In this document: positions 26,193 through 37,611 of the stretch, in pieces
How the letters are laid out: each line of letters opens with the position of its first letter
Numbering within the stretch: position 1 is the stretch's first letter
Assembly (NCBI GenBank): GCA_022813965.1
Contig: JALDZS010000002.1
Span: 124,001-188,000 of the forward strand
Length of the DNA stretch: 64,000 nt
From: Toensbergia leucococca
Lineage: Eukaryota
Direction of reading: 5' to 3'
The notes under the pieces: model-generated
Told to the model about the DNA's origin: nothing
The model's input: only the letters and a program-made list of their open reading frames with translations
The model's database searches: none
Program-made: the position numbers and the translations under genes

Positions 26193-28565
26193 ATGGCACT
26201 CCCCACTCCGCCAGTAGCTATCAACGACGCCTGTTCCGTTATATACGATAATACCCTTTATACATACCAAGCGAGCGCATTTCAGTCTTTGGATCTAGTC
26301 AATGGAGGACAATGGCACCAATTATCCATGGGAGTATCGACGACCGGTTCAAGTTGCGTCCAAGGGTCTGCCGAGGGTCAAGATGCGCTGTACATCGTTG
26401 GCGGAAATACAAACTCTTCGGTGCAAAATTATTCTGGCCTTCAGGTATATGACTTCGCCAAGAAAACATGGGAAACCTGCAATCCCACAGTGTCTGTTAC
26501 AATGAACCGGCAGATGCAAGGTGCAGCATACTTGAACTCGTCATCTTCGATACTAGTGTATGCAGGCTCTCAAGACAACCAAACCACTCCATCTTCGCAG
26601 ACCTTTCTGATATCCACCGTCTCGCCCTGGAATGTCCAAGCATTCAACTCAGATGCACCGCCAGTAGTGGACCCTCTGCTGTTGTCATATAATTCTAGCC
26701 ACGCCTTGATGTTGGGAGGAGACCCACAGAATACAGAGTTGTATACATTTGGACCTCAGGACGGATGGCAACAGCTTGATGTTACTTTGCCAAGCGGTTT
26801 ACCAGACGCAAGTAAGGCACAAGCGGCTATAGTGGATGAAAGTGACGGAAGTAAAATACTGGAAATTTTCAATTTGAGCACCTCGCCCAATCAAGTCACG
26901 ACGTATCTCCTACAAGGTGCTGATGGGCAGCCAGCATCTGGTCCAGCACCTGGTACTGCCGACTCTTCGCCGTCTTCAGCACCAACACAGGGATCCACTA
27001 GGCGAAGGAGGCAAGATGTCACACAGTCGAACTACCCAGTATATAACAGCACCGGCGCACCCCAGGCTATCCGAAGTGGCTTCTCCCTTGCCCAAGATGC
27101 AAGTGGATTGGTGGTTATATCTGGTGGAAACGACCAAGTACCCCTAGCTGTGTTCAATCAGACTGGAAACGCTTGGATTAATGCTAGCGAATTCTTTGGT
27201 AGCCAGACTACAACGCCGAGTTCGACGATATCCCCAACCACAAGCCCAACCGCAACCGCGACTGCAACTGCATCCTCGTCCTCAGCACCGGCAACAAACA
27301 ATTCTAATTCTTCAAAAGATCATACCCTCACCGTCCTTGGAGCGACTCTCGGTGCAGTATTCGGCCTAGCCGCTATCCTTGTTATTCTTTTACTTGTCCT
27401 GCGATGTCTTCGAAGACGTAAGCAACATCAGCATAAACAAAGCTTCTCTCTGGGGTCCAAACACGGTATGGACTTTGCCGACCAAGGCGCAGTGTTCATG
27501 AAGGAAGCAGGTGGCTCCTTTGGCAATCGTCGTCACGAAGACATGGACTCCGGTCACCTTCCGAGCACTAGAAATGCAAGTCTCGCCAAAGATGGTTCCC
27601 AACACTCCAAACGTACCCTGTTCCACAAGCCAGGCGACAGTGGCGGGAGTGCAAAATCTTTCTTTAGCATTGGTAAATCCCCTTTAATATCTTCTCCGCC
27701 ACGAATTGTCGAACCTGCCAGTACCGGCTATAGCGGCGAAAGGACTGTCGGAAGCCTGACACCAGAACCACGAACAGAACCACGAACAGAAACAGGTTGG
27801 AGTAGATATTTTACAAACAATAGTTCTGTCAATCTCGACAACACGCGACCATCATTTTTTCGTCATGACTCAAAAACCTCTCGTACAACAACCCACACTT
27901 CTACCAGCCGCTCAGACTACACGTCGCCGTCCCGCGTCGTCTCGTCTAATCCTCATGAATCCGCCGAAGTACCGCCTCTCAACCTTCGCTCCGGTCATTC
28001 TCTTTTCACCCAAAACCGCCATGCAAATGCTGTACCAGATCATCCACACCCCGGTACTGCCGTTGCCGCCCCGGAATCAGATCCTGATCCTCCCAGCCCA
28101 ACAACTCTAATTTCCGATATCGACGAAGACGACACCTATCGGCTGGGAGACGGCACAGGTCCCGAGCATCAAGGTATTTCTTCGTGGACACCCGTGGCGA
28201 CTAGTGATAGAGAAAGCACGTGGGATGACAGGCCAGCAAGCAGTGTCTACACGGACAATCTAATGCATCCTCATCCCGGCGAAAGGATAAGGATCCCGAG
28301 ATTCCCTCGAGTGCCAAGCACCACAGCCTCAGCGCGAAACAGTCAAGCAGACGATGGGAGGGGACTACGGACCATCGCAGCGCAAGGCTTCGCAGGTATG
28401 GGCATCCGCGAAAGGGAACTTCCCGAAATCGGAAGCAGAAGGGTCGTCCCTCCGGCGGCAGCAGCAAATACCAGAAATTTCCCAAGGAGCGACGTTCAAG
28501 AATGGCAGCAACCTCGAAGTGGTAGCTCGGCCGAAGACATGAGCTGGTTGAATCTGGGCAAGTGA
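26193..28565 (+). CDS. Single-pass membrane protein with kelch/beta-propeller-like N-terminal region, S/T stalk and disordered tail
   Basis: 790-aa ORF. GG-containing blades (LYIVGG, ILVYAG, ALMLGG, VVISGG), many NxS/T sites, TM helix VLGATLGAVFGLAAILVILLLVL followed by RCLRRRK, C-terminal DMSWLNL. Confidence 0.85.
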   Translation: MALPTPPVAINDACSVIYDNTLYTYQASAFQSLDLVNGGQWHQLSMGVSTTGSSCVQGSAEGQDALYIVGGNTNSSVQNYSGLQVYDFAKKTWETCNPTVSVTMNRQMQGAAYLNSSSSILVYAGSQDNQTTPSSQTFLISTVSPWNVQAFNSDAPPVVDPLLLSYNSSHALMLGGDPQNTELYTFGPQDGWQQLDVTLPSGLPDASKAQAAIVDESDGSKILEIFNLSTSPNQVTTYLLQGADGQPASGPAPGTADSSPSSAPTQGSTRRRRQDVTQSNYPVYNSTGAPQAIRSGFSLAQDASGLVVISGGNDQVPLAVFNQTGNAWINASEFFGSQTTTPSSTISPTTSPTATATATASSSSAPATNNSNSSKDHTLTVLGATLGAVFGLAAILVILLLVLRCLRRRKQHQHKQSFSLGSKHGMDFADQGAVFMKEAGGSFGNRRHEDMDSGHLPSTRNASLAKDGSQHSKRTLFHKPGDSGGSAKSFFSIGKSPLISSPPRIVEPASTGYSGERTVGSLTPEPRTEPRTETGWSRYFTNNSSVNLDNTRPSFFRHDSKTSRTTTHTSTSRSDYTSPSRVVSSNPHESAEVPPLNLRSGHSLFTQNRHANAVPDHPHPGTAVAAPESDPDPPSPTTLISDIDEDDTYRLGDGTGPEHQGISSWTPVATSDRESTWDDRPASSVYTDNLMHPHPGERIRIPRFPRVPSTTASARNSQADDGRGLRTIAAQGFAGMGIRERELPEIGSRRVVPPAAAANTRNFPRSDVQEWQQPRSGSSAEDMSWLNLGK

Positions 28566-29384
28566 GCCAGCGCCGTACCGTTTCAAATTTCATTGCACGA
28601 GACTTACCATACCGCGTCAACCTTGCTCGAACGACTCTCATTAATTAGCTTTTTTTTTTGAAACTTGCTTTTAGCATGGCGAATCGGCGGTTGCATTTAG
28701 CGTGATCTCTATATCGTCTGTCGTTTACGAAGCCTTTTACTTCGGCACATTATTTTCTTTTCGTCACGATCGTTAATTATATTGGGGGCTTTACTTGACC
28801 AACCGGTCTTACAAAATCATTGCTCAGGGCTATCTCTCTTAATCTGCATTTCAGGGTATATTGGGGACGGGTTTTGGGAGATATGGGGGAGCATCATTTT
28901 TTTTCTTTCTCATTGTTCTCTTTTAGTGGGGGTGCCGGGGAGGGAAGGGGAGCTAGAGGGGAGAGGGTGGTAGATAGGTAACGTGGAGGGTTTTGGTGGG
29001 TGGGTTATTTGTTATATGTGGTTGTTTTTGATATGAAGTATAGGGAAGGGCTATTAGATATAAGGCACGAGCTACACGCTGTATGAATCTAGAATATTTT
29101 GTGGTGTTCCTGAACATTCCTTGAAATTGAATCCTTTTGTGCTTGACATGGTCGTCCTTTACCCTGGGAAGAAAACTAGATTTGAGGGCGCCAGTGTTGT
29201 CGAGAGGGATATTGACAAACTGTCGCGGGCCCCAACAGGCTACAAGTACAGTGAGTGACCCTTTGCTCGAGCAACCCCCTCGCCAGACCTAAAAACACCA
29301 GCCGCGCCCCTTGGAAAACACTAGACTACACGGATATCAACATCCGCCTCTCCAGCCAACCCAAACCCCCCTCATCCCAATCAC

Positions 29385-31343
29385 TCACTCCCTCTTCACC
29401 ACCACCGGCGGCGGCGCCATCTTTCCCGCCGGCAAGCCCGGAACCTTGAAACCCCCGTCCATCCCACCACCACCACCCCCCCCAACCTGCGTAAACGTCC
29501 CCCCCTTGAACCACCGATCAGCCTCCTCCTCCCTCTTCCTCTTCATCTCAGCCTGCCTCTTCGGATCCACAAGCTCCAAGCCCTGCACAGGCGTAAACGC
29601 CAACGAACTCGCCGTCCCCGCCCCCGCCCCAACCGTCGATCCTACCCCCGAACTCCTCAAGCCATGCGCCCGCAAAACGGTCGAATTGCCATTGCCTTGC
29701 CCGAAGCCGCGGAGTGAAGATGCGGTGCCGCCGCCGAGTGGGGTGGCACCTCCAGCACCCCAGCCCTTGTTGGATTTACTGAGCTTTGCTTTGGTGCGCT
29801 GGTCGATTTGTTGGCTGCGGATGCGGCCCTCGTTGGCTTGGCCGATCATGCCTAAGCCTTTGGTGCCCTCGCCCGTGCCGTAGCCGACTTCTTTTTCTTC
29901 TTTGCCAAACGCCATGCGGTTTTGGGCTTTGCGGAGGTCAGTCATAGCGGTGGCTTCTTTTGCTTTGCGGGCGCGGCGGCCGCCGCGTTTGCGGGAGGGT
30001 TTGTCGTCCGGGGCGGCGAGGGCGCGGGGGCCTTTGTTGGGAGGAGGCTCAGTAAGCTTTTCGAGGCGGTCGAGGCAGTCTTGTTTTAGGAGTTGGCCGT
30101 TGGAGCCGTCGGGGCTGCTGTGAACACGGTCGACGCGGGCGGCAAGAATAGCTTTTGCGGAGACGATACGCATGGCTTGGCGTTTGAGGTCGTTTGGGAT
30201 GCCTTTGATTATGGGGGAGTGGTAGAGGAAACCTTGTTGGCGGACGCCGACATTGGTGGCGAAGCCGGTTTGGGATTGTTTCTTGGAACCTAGGGGTGGA
30301 AGATTGCAAGCAGGGGTTTTTGCGAGACCGGTCAGGCCGCCGGCGAAGTTGAGCAGCTGGGCGGCTGTGAGGGAGCCGATAAGTGCTGTTAGGTTTGGGG
30401 CGAATAGGTTCATTCGTGATTGGACGTAGTCGGTTAAATCCTTTTTGGCTCGATCTAGCTTTAGGGTCATCTCACAAGCTCTTATCACGGTCTGTAGTTC
30501 TGATTCGCTCATCTCCCGGCCTCTTGTAGTGGTGCCTTCGACTGTAACAACCATCAGGGATGGGCCATCGAGGATTGACTTTAGCGAAGCTCGAACAATG
30601 TTGTCGGTCTTCTGTGCCAACTCTTTGATATTATCCATGGGACCATTTCCGATAATGGCCACGGATTTGGCATAGTCAAGCGGATTCGTAATCAGGGTTT
30701 CTAGTTCGGGGAAACGAGTTGAGTAGTGATCCCGAATGAACTTATGAACGAGAATGATTTCATTGTCGATGGATGTCGAGAGTGTATTTGACTGTGTCAA
30801 GAGGTGATATTCGGGATTGTCTTCGATAGAGCCAATGGTGGCGCTTTGCTTTTCTGGTGGTAGGGATTGATAATATTTGATTTTCTGGAGGCGACGAACA
30901 ACGTCAGGGCTGTGTCCCAGGAAAGATGTAAACCTTGAATCACATATAGGGGAATATTGAGGGGATAGGAGAGGGAGACCTACGTCGAGGACTGGATCCA
31001 GCGTCTTCATAAGGCCTGCTACATTTCGTACATCGTTCACACCACCCAGCTGCATCTTCTCAACTTTCGCCTTGGCTTCCTCTTCATCCTCCACGTCCTG
31101 TAGAACAGCCTTTGCCGTCGGATTACCGTTTACCATCTCTTCATCATCATCGTCATCGTCATCGTCTTCTTCGTCCACGTCCAGGTCCATCACTCCCGCA
31201 GAACCGTTCGAAGGTTGGACCCGCGCATGTCCATTAGAGACCGGGAGCGTTCCATCTTGAAAGAGAGCATTGTGTTGATCACCCTCTTCATCTGAGCCCG
31301 AGTCTTCAAAATCATTAAGCAGCTCGTCGGCTAGTGTAGACAT
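29385..31343 (-). CDS. PRP31: U4/U6 snRNP protein Prp31 (Nop domain), 2 exons
   Basis: MSTLADELLNDF, HKFIRDHYSTRFPELE, APNLTALIG, GGLTGLAKTPACN, SRKRGGRRARK, KAQNRMAFG, SSLAFTPVQGLEL. Intron 30983-30885. Confidence 0.97.
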   Translation of the reverse strand: MSTLADELLNDFEDSGSDEEGDQHNALFQDGTLPVSNGHARVQPSNGSAGVMDLDVDEEDDDDDDDDEEMVNGNPTAKAVLQDVEDEEEAKAKVEKMQLGGVNDVRNVAGLMKTLDPVLDVGLPLLSPQYSPICDSRFTSFLGHSPDVVRRLQKIKYYQSLPPEKQSATIGSIEDNPEYHLLTQSNTLSTSIDNEIILVHKFIRDHYSTRFPELETLITNPLDYAKSVAIIGNGPMDNIKELAQKTDNIVRASLKSILDGPSLMVVTVEGTTTRGREMSESELQTVIRACEMTLKLDRAKKDLTDYVQSRMNLFAPNLTALIGSLTAAQLLNFAGGLTGLAKTPACNLPPLGSKKQSQTGFATNVGVRQQGFLYHSPIIKGIPNDLKRQAMRIVSAKAILAARVDRVHSSPDGSNGQLLKQDCLDRLEKLTEPPPNKGPRALAAPDDKPSRKRGGRRARKAKEATAMTDLRKAQNRMAFGKEEKEVGYGTGEGTKGLGMIGQANEGRIRSQQIDQRTKAKLSKSNKGWGAGGATPLGGGTASSLRGFGQGNGNSTVLRAHGLRSSGVGSTVGAGAGTASSLAFTPVQGLELVDPKRQAEMKRKREEEADRWFKGGTFTQVGGGGGGGMDGGFKVPGLPAGKMAPPPVVVKRE

Positions 31344-34300
31344 TTTGGGTCGGGATCTTCTAGGACTACTCCGTAAGGTAAGTTGCTTCACATCGGTACG
31401 GATACACCAACATTCGAGGTTCAGACCACCAGGTAAGATCGCTAAGCCCCTTTGGGCTAGCTCTAAAACTAGAATAGCTCTCCCTCAATCCCTTTGGGTT
31501 AGCGCCCACTGCTTGCTCAAGATGGCCGGTCTGACTCCTGAACTTATTAAACTTGTCATACTAATTTGAACATCACCACATTAAGATCTCAACCATACGA
31601 CTCCGTATTTGCCCGGGGATCACGCTCATTGGCATGAAAATCTTCCTCGCAATATCAAACCGAATAGGCATGCGTTTCATAGCACAACTCTTTTGTCACT
31701 TATTTACCTCACTCTGCATCAAACAAGTTGATATGAGCACAGAATAGAGAATCAGTGCTTTACGGACGGAACGCGGCCATCGCTTGAGCGGTAGAAGGCA
31801 GGCTTTCACACTACCTATCTGACATTTCAGTGCAGTCAAGAGCCAAATTTAAATAAATCAGCTCACATTAGTGAGACATTTCAACTTACGCATTATCACA
31901 AACAGCATTACATTTGTCCGCGCCTTTCAATACTTGGAACTTTTCTGACTTTAGCTTTGAGAAGCGGCTTGTTTGTGGGAGCTGTTTAGAATGTCGAAGC
32001 CGGTTTTAGCACCATGACTCTATCAGAGATCCTCCGGCTGCATCTGAACGCGTAACCGACCTTTTGTCAAATTCAACCAATCTTGATGTTGGGATCACAC
32101 ATATCAAATCAAGATTATGAGCAAAATTCTGCCGTTGATGACGAAGACATTTCTACTGACAACTCCTTGATGGAAGACCTGAGAACAAAGGAGCTCATTA
32201 GAACACATTGAAAGACTCAGAAGCCTGCTAAGTCTCGTGCAGAGGTGGGGGCAGAATCAACTGAAGTAACCAGGGCTTCAAAGCCTGTTGCTCAGAAAGT
32301 GGACTCCGAAGCTTTGGGAACACCTACAGAGAGTGTATATGGCGGAGTACACCGCTGTTATCAAAGAGGATGGTTGTACGGAGCAGAAACCCATTGACAA
32401 TCCTGAGGAATGGGAGGAGATTGCTATGGAAGCAGTGCATCTTGGTCCATCCTTGAGCACAGGCTATGCATCATCAAATGAAGGACATGGGATTCTGTAA
32501 CAGTTCCAAGGTGGTGAACAGGATTATCGCTTTATTACAATAAACCTCCGATGATGCTCGGTCTATGTGTCTTACAATTGAATGCTACCTCCTAGATACA
32601 GAAGCTCTTCCAATGGAACAGCTTGCCCCATAGAACTCCGGATGGTGGAGGAGCGGCTTGACGCTACAAATATTAAAATAAATATTAACGGGAAAAGGGC
32701 CAATCTAGCACTCGCTGATGGCGATTTGGCAATTAACGTCGCGGATTTCCTGTCTATTTAGGAAGTCTGGGCGCGTGAGTCCAGGCTGAGCGATGCCTGA
32801 CAGTGCAAAGTCTCGCCGAACTTCGATTTACAGCAACCCCGAAAGTCCCACTGGCCTGAAAGCCAGTTGAGAGCTGTCAAACCCGAGCAAGATCTTCCAT
32901 AAAAGCTCACCTCACAAGCTGCCTTGAGGTTTCGTTGTTTCTCAGAAGATTGATTGAGTGTGTCCTTAGACGGAACGATGAGTATTCACATAAAAATCAG
33001 TCTAATCAGATTCAATTTTCCTCCGAGGTACACTACCTTACGCAGAGAGTCTGCATGAGATTGTCTCGAAATAGGACGCTCTATTCCGTGCTCGGGTTCT
33101 CTTGCTCCCCGTTCGATTCAATGTTCCAACTTCTCTGAAACAACAATCCTGATAAAGTCAGCGCCGGATTTCCTGTGGCTTCAGCCCCAAGCACGCGACC
33201 AGGTACATCTGATTCTAGCATCCCGGTTCCAATCCATCCCTCGCCGTCTCAAAAACAATTCATATGCGCCAAGGTCGATTAGTGGATCCAGATTAGGCCT
33301 CATGCGTACTAACGTTCAGATGCTCTCGCAACTTGAGTATCCGGCTCTTGTTGAAGGGGACGGTTGCGTCGAGGAAGGTGCTGGCACATGTCACATTGGG
33401 ATTCAAGGTAGGCTTATGGTAGCAGCCACGGGCTTCGTAGTTGGTGATGTAGAGAGTTGTCTACAACCGTCCGTCTCATTCGACCTGAACAATCTTTCAA
33501 TTGGAAAAATGTCTTCACGTTCTAATATCATTATTCCCTTGAAGTCTATCTACCTTATGTTTCTCATCCTAATTCATGGCCTGGAAATAAACTCATCCCA
33601 TTTTCTTATGCAAACAGTGTGTGAAACTCTACTAGTCCAAGTTTGTACCTGGAGTGTCAATAAGTGCCTGATTTCCTTGATCTCGAAAAGTCTTCGATGA
33701 GTCTACTCGTTCCATAACCCAAAGGTCAACAAATTTGGGAGGATTTCAAAGGCTGAGGATTGTTTTCAAGCTACCTCACGTTCGGACTCGGACTCGTAAG
33801 CAGGAATACAAATTTTGAGGACGAAGCAGAGGATCTGTCAGAAATGGGCGGCGGATTCATGAAAGAAAAAGCATTTCAAGCAAGATTTAAACATCAATAC
33901 GACTACAGTCTAAGATCGCAGGCTTTTCTTTGGAGTTAATTTCAAGACAGAATCCTGCCAGAAGCTTGCTTTTTATATCGGCGAGCCATCAAGTTATTCA
34001 CAACAGAAGCTTGAGGATATTCTGTGCAGTGACTGAGATGCGTGCACGGTAGAGTCTTGTGCATTCTTCTTTCGACGACGACGGTGCGATATGCCTCTAA
34101 TGGCGTGTCTCAGTGAGTTCTTTCAGTGATTCAATGTACTACATCGCATGAAAAGCCAATTCCCATGAAGTCTGAAGACTTCTTTCAAATTTTGATGTTC
34201 AACAAGGGCATGGATAGACAGCCACACCGGCGTTTGCTACGAAATTGGCTTCCGCTTTTAGTCCATGTTCAAGCAAAACGCTCCCTGCCCCTGACAGGAT

Positions 34301-34573
34301 CCAATTCAGTTCCACCATCAACATTACTGTCCTTGAAGACATCTTGCAAACTACTCACCACTGAAGAACCTTTCTATTTGATATACAACAAACACTCTGG
34401 TGATGGACGGGGCTAGGCTGTGTCTAATGGCTTTAGTGTACGCAATGGTCTTAAACTAGACCTTACCCACACAATCAGTATTGACTTGGACAGACCCGAC
34501 AACCACCAATTCCACTCCTATGGCTTTCTATTCTTGAGCCCGAACCCAAGCTTGTACCTATCGCCGAAGCATC

Positions 34574-36297
34574 ATGGAAGCCTTCCAAGCCCATGAGACT
34601 CATAGTGTTCGAGATTTGGACGAGGCATATTACTATAGATTCGAAGCCAGCAGGCCCGGAGTTCCAGCTGTGGGCTTTTATGCCGAAAACCATCCAGCTC
34701 CGCTTATAAGCCAGGATTCAGGCCCCTATCCGGAGATTTTTGATCCATCAAGGTCTTCTACTTTTCTTCCTCTATCATTGCCTGTCTCAATGCCAATTCA
34801 AATGGACCATCGACCGAGTGTGCTCTCGGATAATTCCTTCGACCCGCGTCCATATAATCTTTCTACGAGGTATCCAAGTCAGCATTTCCAGGCTTTGTCT
34901 CCATACTTCTCAGCTCCCTCACCATTTCTTGCGCCATCAAGTGACTACTCTGCCAATTGCGCATCTCAGACAACTCAGTCATGGTCTCCAAGTCTTTATC
35001 AGCCACTTCCTCCAACATATCCTGTACCGTTCTCGAGCGACTACTACCCACACTTCGCCCCAATCTGGTCTCCAGGGCAGATGGATTCACCGCCTCCTGC
35101 TCCTACCTATGGCATGTTTGCATCCTCAAGCTATAGCCCTCAGAGCATAGAATATGCCCCAACGTCGCCGTTCCTCAATCATCTTATCGGCGACTTTCCA
35201 GGCCCCAGCGCAAACGCTCTTCTCCACAGCCAAAGAGGCCCGATTCCCTGCAGCGCGTGTGACACGATCGCTCGCTCTCAAGCAGCTCCAGACCCACTGT
35301 CCAGTGCACTAGGAAGTGGCGGAATCTCCACCATACCATCTCAGAATCGCCCAGGGACGAAGAGATGCGCATGGGTCACCGATCGCACAACAAACCAGAC
35401 CTGCAACATGACTTTCCAGCACGGCAACGCCTTGCAACTCCACTGCGAAAATGTGCATATCGAACCGATCCAGAAAGGCGTTGCGCAGACCTGGTGTTGC
35501 GAATGGCAGGGTTGCGCAAGGCAGCGGAAACCGTTACGGGCTCGAGCTGCTCTGTGGATACATGTGTACTCGCATACTGGATGTGAGGAACCCACTCATC
35601 ATCTTATTTTTTCTCAAGGGGGCAATCGGAACTTGAGTATTAACTTGTTTGTAGACCACGTTGCCCATTGCCAGCTGTGCAACGCTGCCTTTTCGGACTT
35701 TAGGCATTTGGACGAGCATATGCGAGCGCATAGTTTGGAGAAACCGTATCAATGTGTTTTTTGTAGCGAGGTGGCTCCTAATATTGCTGCTTTGAGTGAG
35801 TAATACTTGTTTTGACCGATGCTCAAACCTCCGCTGACATCTATCGCTAGCCGCTCATGAGAAGTCGCGACATAGAAACATGCCTTTTGTTCATTCTGAT
35901 CCTCACATCCTCCAGCTCGACGTACGTGCTCCCCCACATCTCCCCATCGACCTTTTCAACCACACAGCTAAAGCCCACACAGGCACCCAACCCCATCGAG
36001 CAAATAAACGGTACCCCCTAATCCCCTAATTGCAAAACATGGTCAAGAGCAAGAACCCTCACTAATTCTGCCACAGCCCAAAACCCCCCATTGAAATTCT
36101 GTCCCTTGTGCGCAAAAAGCTACGTCAAAAAGGGTAGACTCCCCATCTCCTCATTCCCCCCCCCCACAAAACCTTGACAATAGGTATCAAGACTGGCTTA
36201 CCTTGATATTTCAGGAAATTTGGTCCGTCATATGGCACTTCACGAAGGCGCTCAGACTGCGGGTACGAAGCGCGGGGTTGAGGATATTTCGACCTAA
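34574..36297 (+). CDS. Multi-exon C2H2 zinc-finger protein (about 5 fingers, GLI/Zap1-like first pair)
   Basis: Fingers CAW..C..F....LQLHCENVH, CEWQGC..LWIHVYSH, CQLC..HMRAH, CVFC..|AHEKSRH, and final FCPLCAKSYVKK|GNLVRHMALH. Stop at 36295-36297. Boundaries of the small 3' exons are uncertain. Confidence 0.78.
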
Positions 36298-37611
36298 AGG
36301 CTTTCGTTTTGTGAGCGATTCAATCTGTGGGCATTTTGTGATGCGAAGGGGTGGGGATATGGTGTGTGGTAGCGGACGATTACCCTCATCTTTTTACGCG
36401 AGGCCTTTGAGTGCTAGAGGTGTTAATGGTAGGAACGGGGTGTTGGTGAGAGCGAGCCTGCAACCGTAGGGCAGGGGTTTTCCTGTTTGCTTTTTCGTGG
36501 TCTCGGAGAGAGGGAGGGAGAGGGGGTTCAGTTGTGCTTTTGATAGCCTTTTGTGGGGGTCTAGAGTCTTAGATTTGGAATATTGGAGAGTTTACTCGCA
36601 GTCTTGAATTTGATCCCCATTGAAGTTGTGGGATTCTTTGCACGCGCGCTTTGGGGGGATGTATACCGTGGCGTTGGCTTGTATGGATTGTGATCGATGG
36701 CGAGTTTTTCTAGCTGGGAGGGGGGTGTGCAGAACTAATTATCTTGAATTTGAATAGATTTGCTATTCACGACGATTGCGTTGATTCCCCACCGCCCCCC
36801 CCCACGGCTATGGGACTTTTTTTTGGGCACAAATCCTGAAAAGGGGAACCTCGAGTCCCAGGCATCGAACACACTCTCCAGGCGCCCGCCACCTAGGGTT
36901 TAAAATCATCACGGCCCCAATCTATCCACGCGTTTGCTGTTTTCATGTGGAAAAAAAAAGATTTCAGGGAAATGACGACTTCGTTGAGCTGGATAGGCTT
37001 CCTTAAAGGCAGTTAGGTAAATTATCGATGAGTATAGGAGGGGTTTGTTTTGTTTCTAGCTGGGTGCCTATGCGGGCTCTGGAAGATGGAGAGGATGGAG
37101 TTGGGGATTCTCAGGGCCTTTTTTTTTTTGGCGGGGGCGGGGGGGGGGGGGTGCATGGAGTTTGTGGTTTGTGGTTTGTGGCGGGTGGGATGCGTGTGGG
37201 GTGGGAGTTGGGGGGATGGAGGTGCTGGTTCTTGGGGGATGGGGAGGATAAGATGCTTTGAGAAGGATGCCTTGGGCGATGGTGCGGGGGTTTTGTGCTA
37301 TGGGGGGAGGTGATTTGGGTGGGGAAGAGGCGGAGTGAGTATGAGTCGGAGGTTAGGGTTTTTTGATTTTTTGATTTTTTGGCATTTAATGATATCATTG
37401 ACAGATCTGTTGAAATATCCTGGGTTGTATTAAAAGGAATTTCAGAAAGCTGTCTTGTAGTCATTCTATACCTGCTCTTCATCACAAATTGTTGGAATCA
37501 CCTGCTCTTTAGTGGGATGACTATACTTAGCTTAATTAGGTAGAGTTCGACCCATCGGCAAGTCCAGTACTCTGGGGAAAAGTAGCTAATGCTCGACTAC
37601 ATCCCAGAATA

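Noticed and set aside
37028..37485. Low-complexity ORFs over a G-run tract
   Set aside because: Products of homopolymer and strand bias, with no homology evident.
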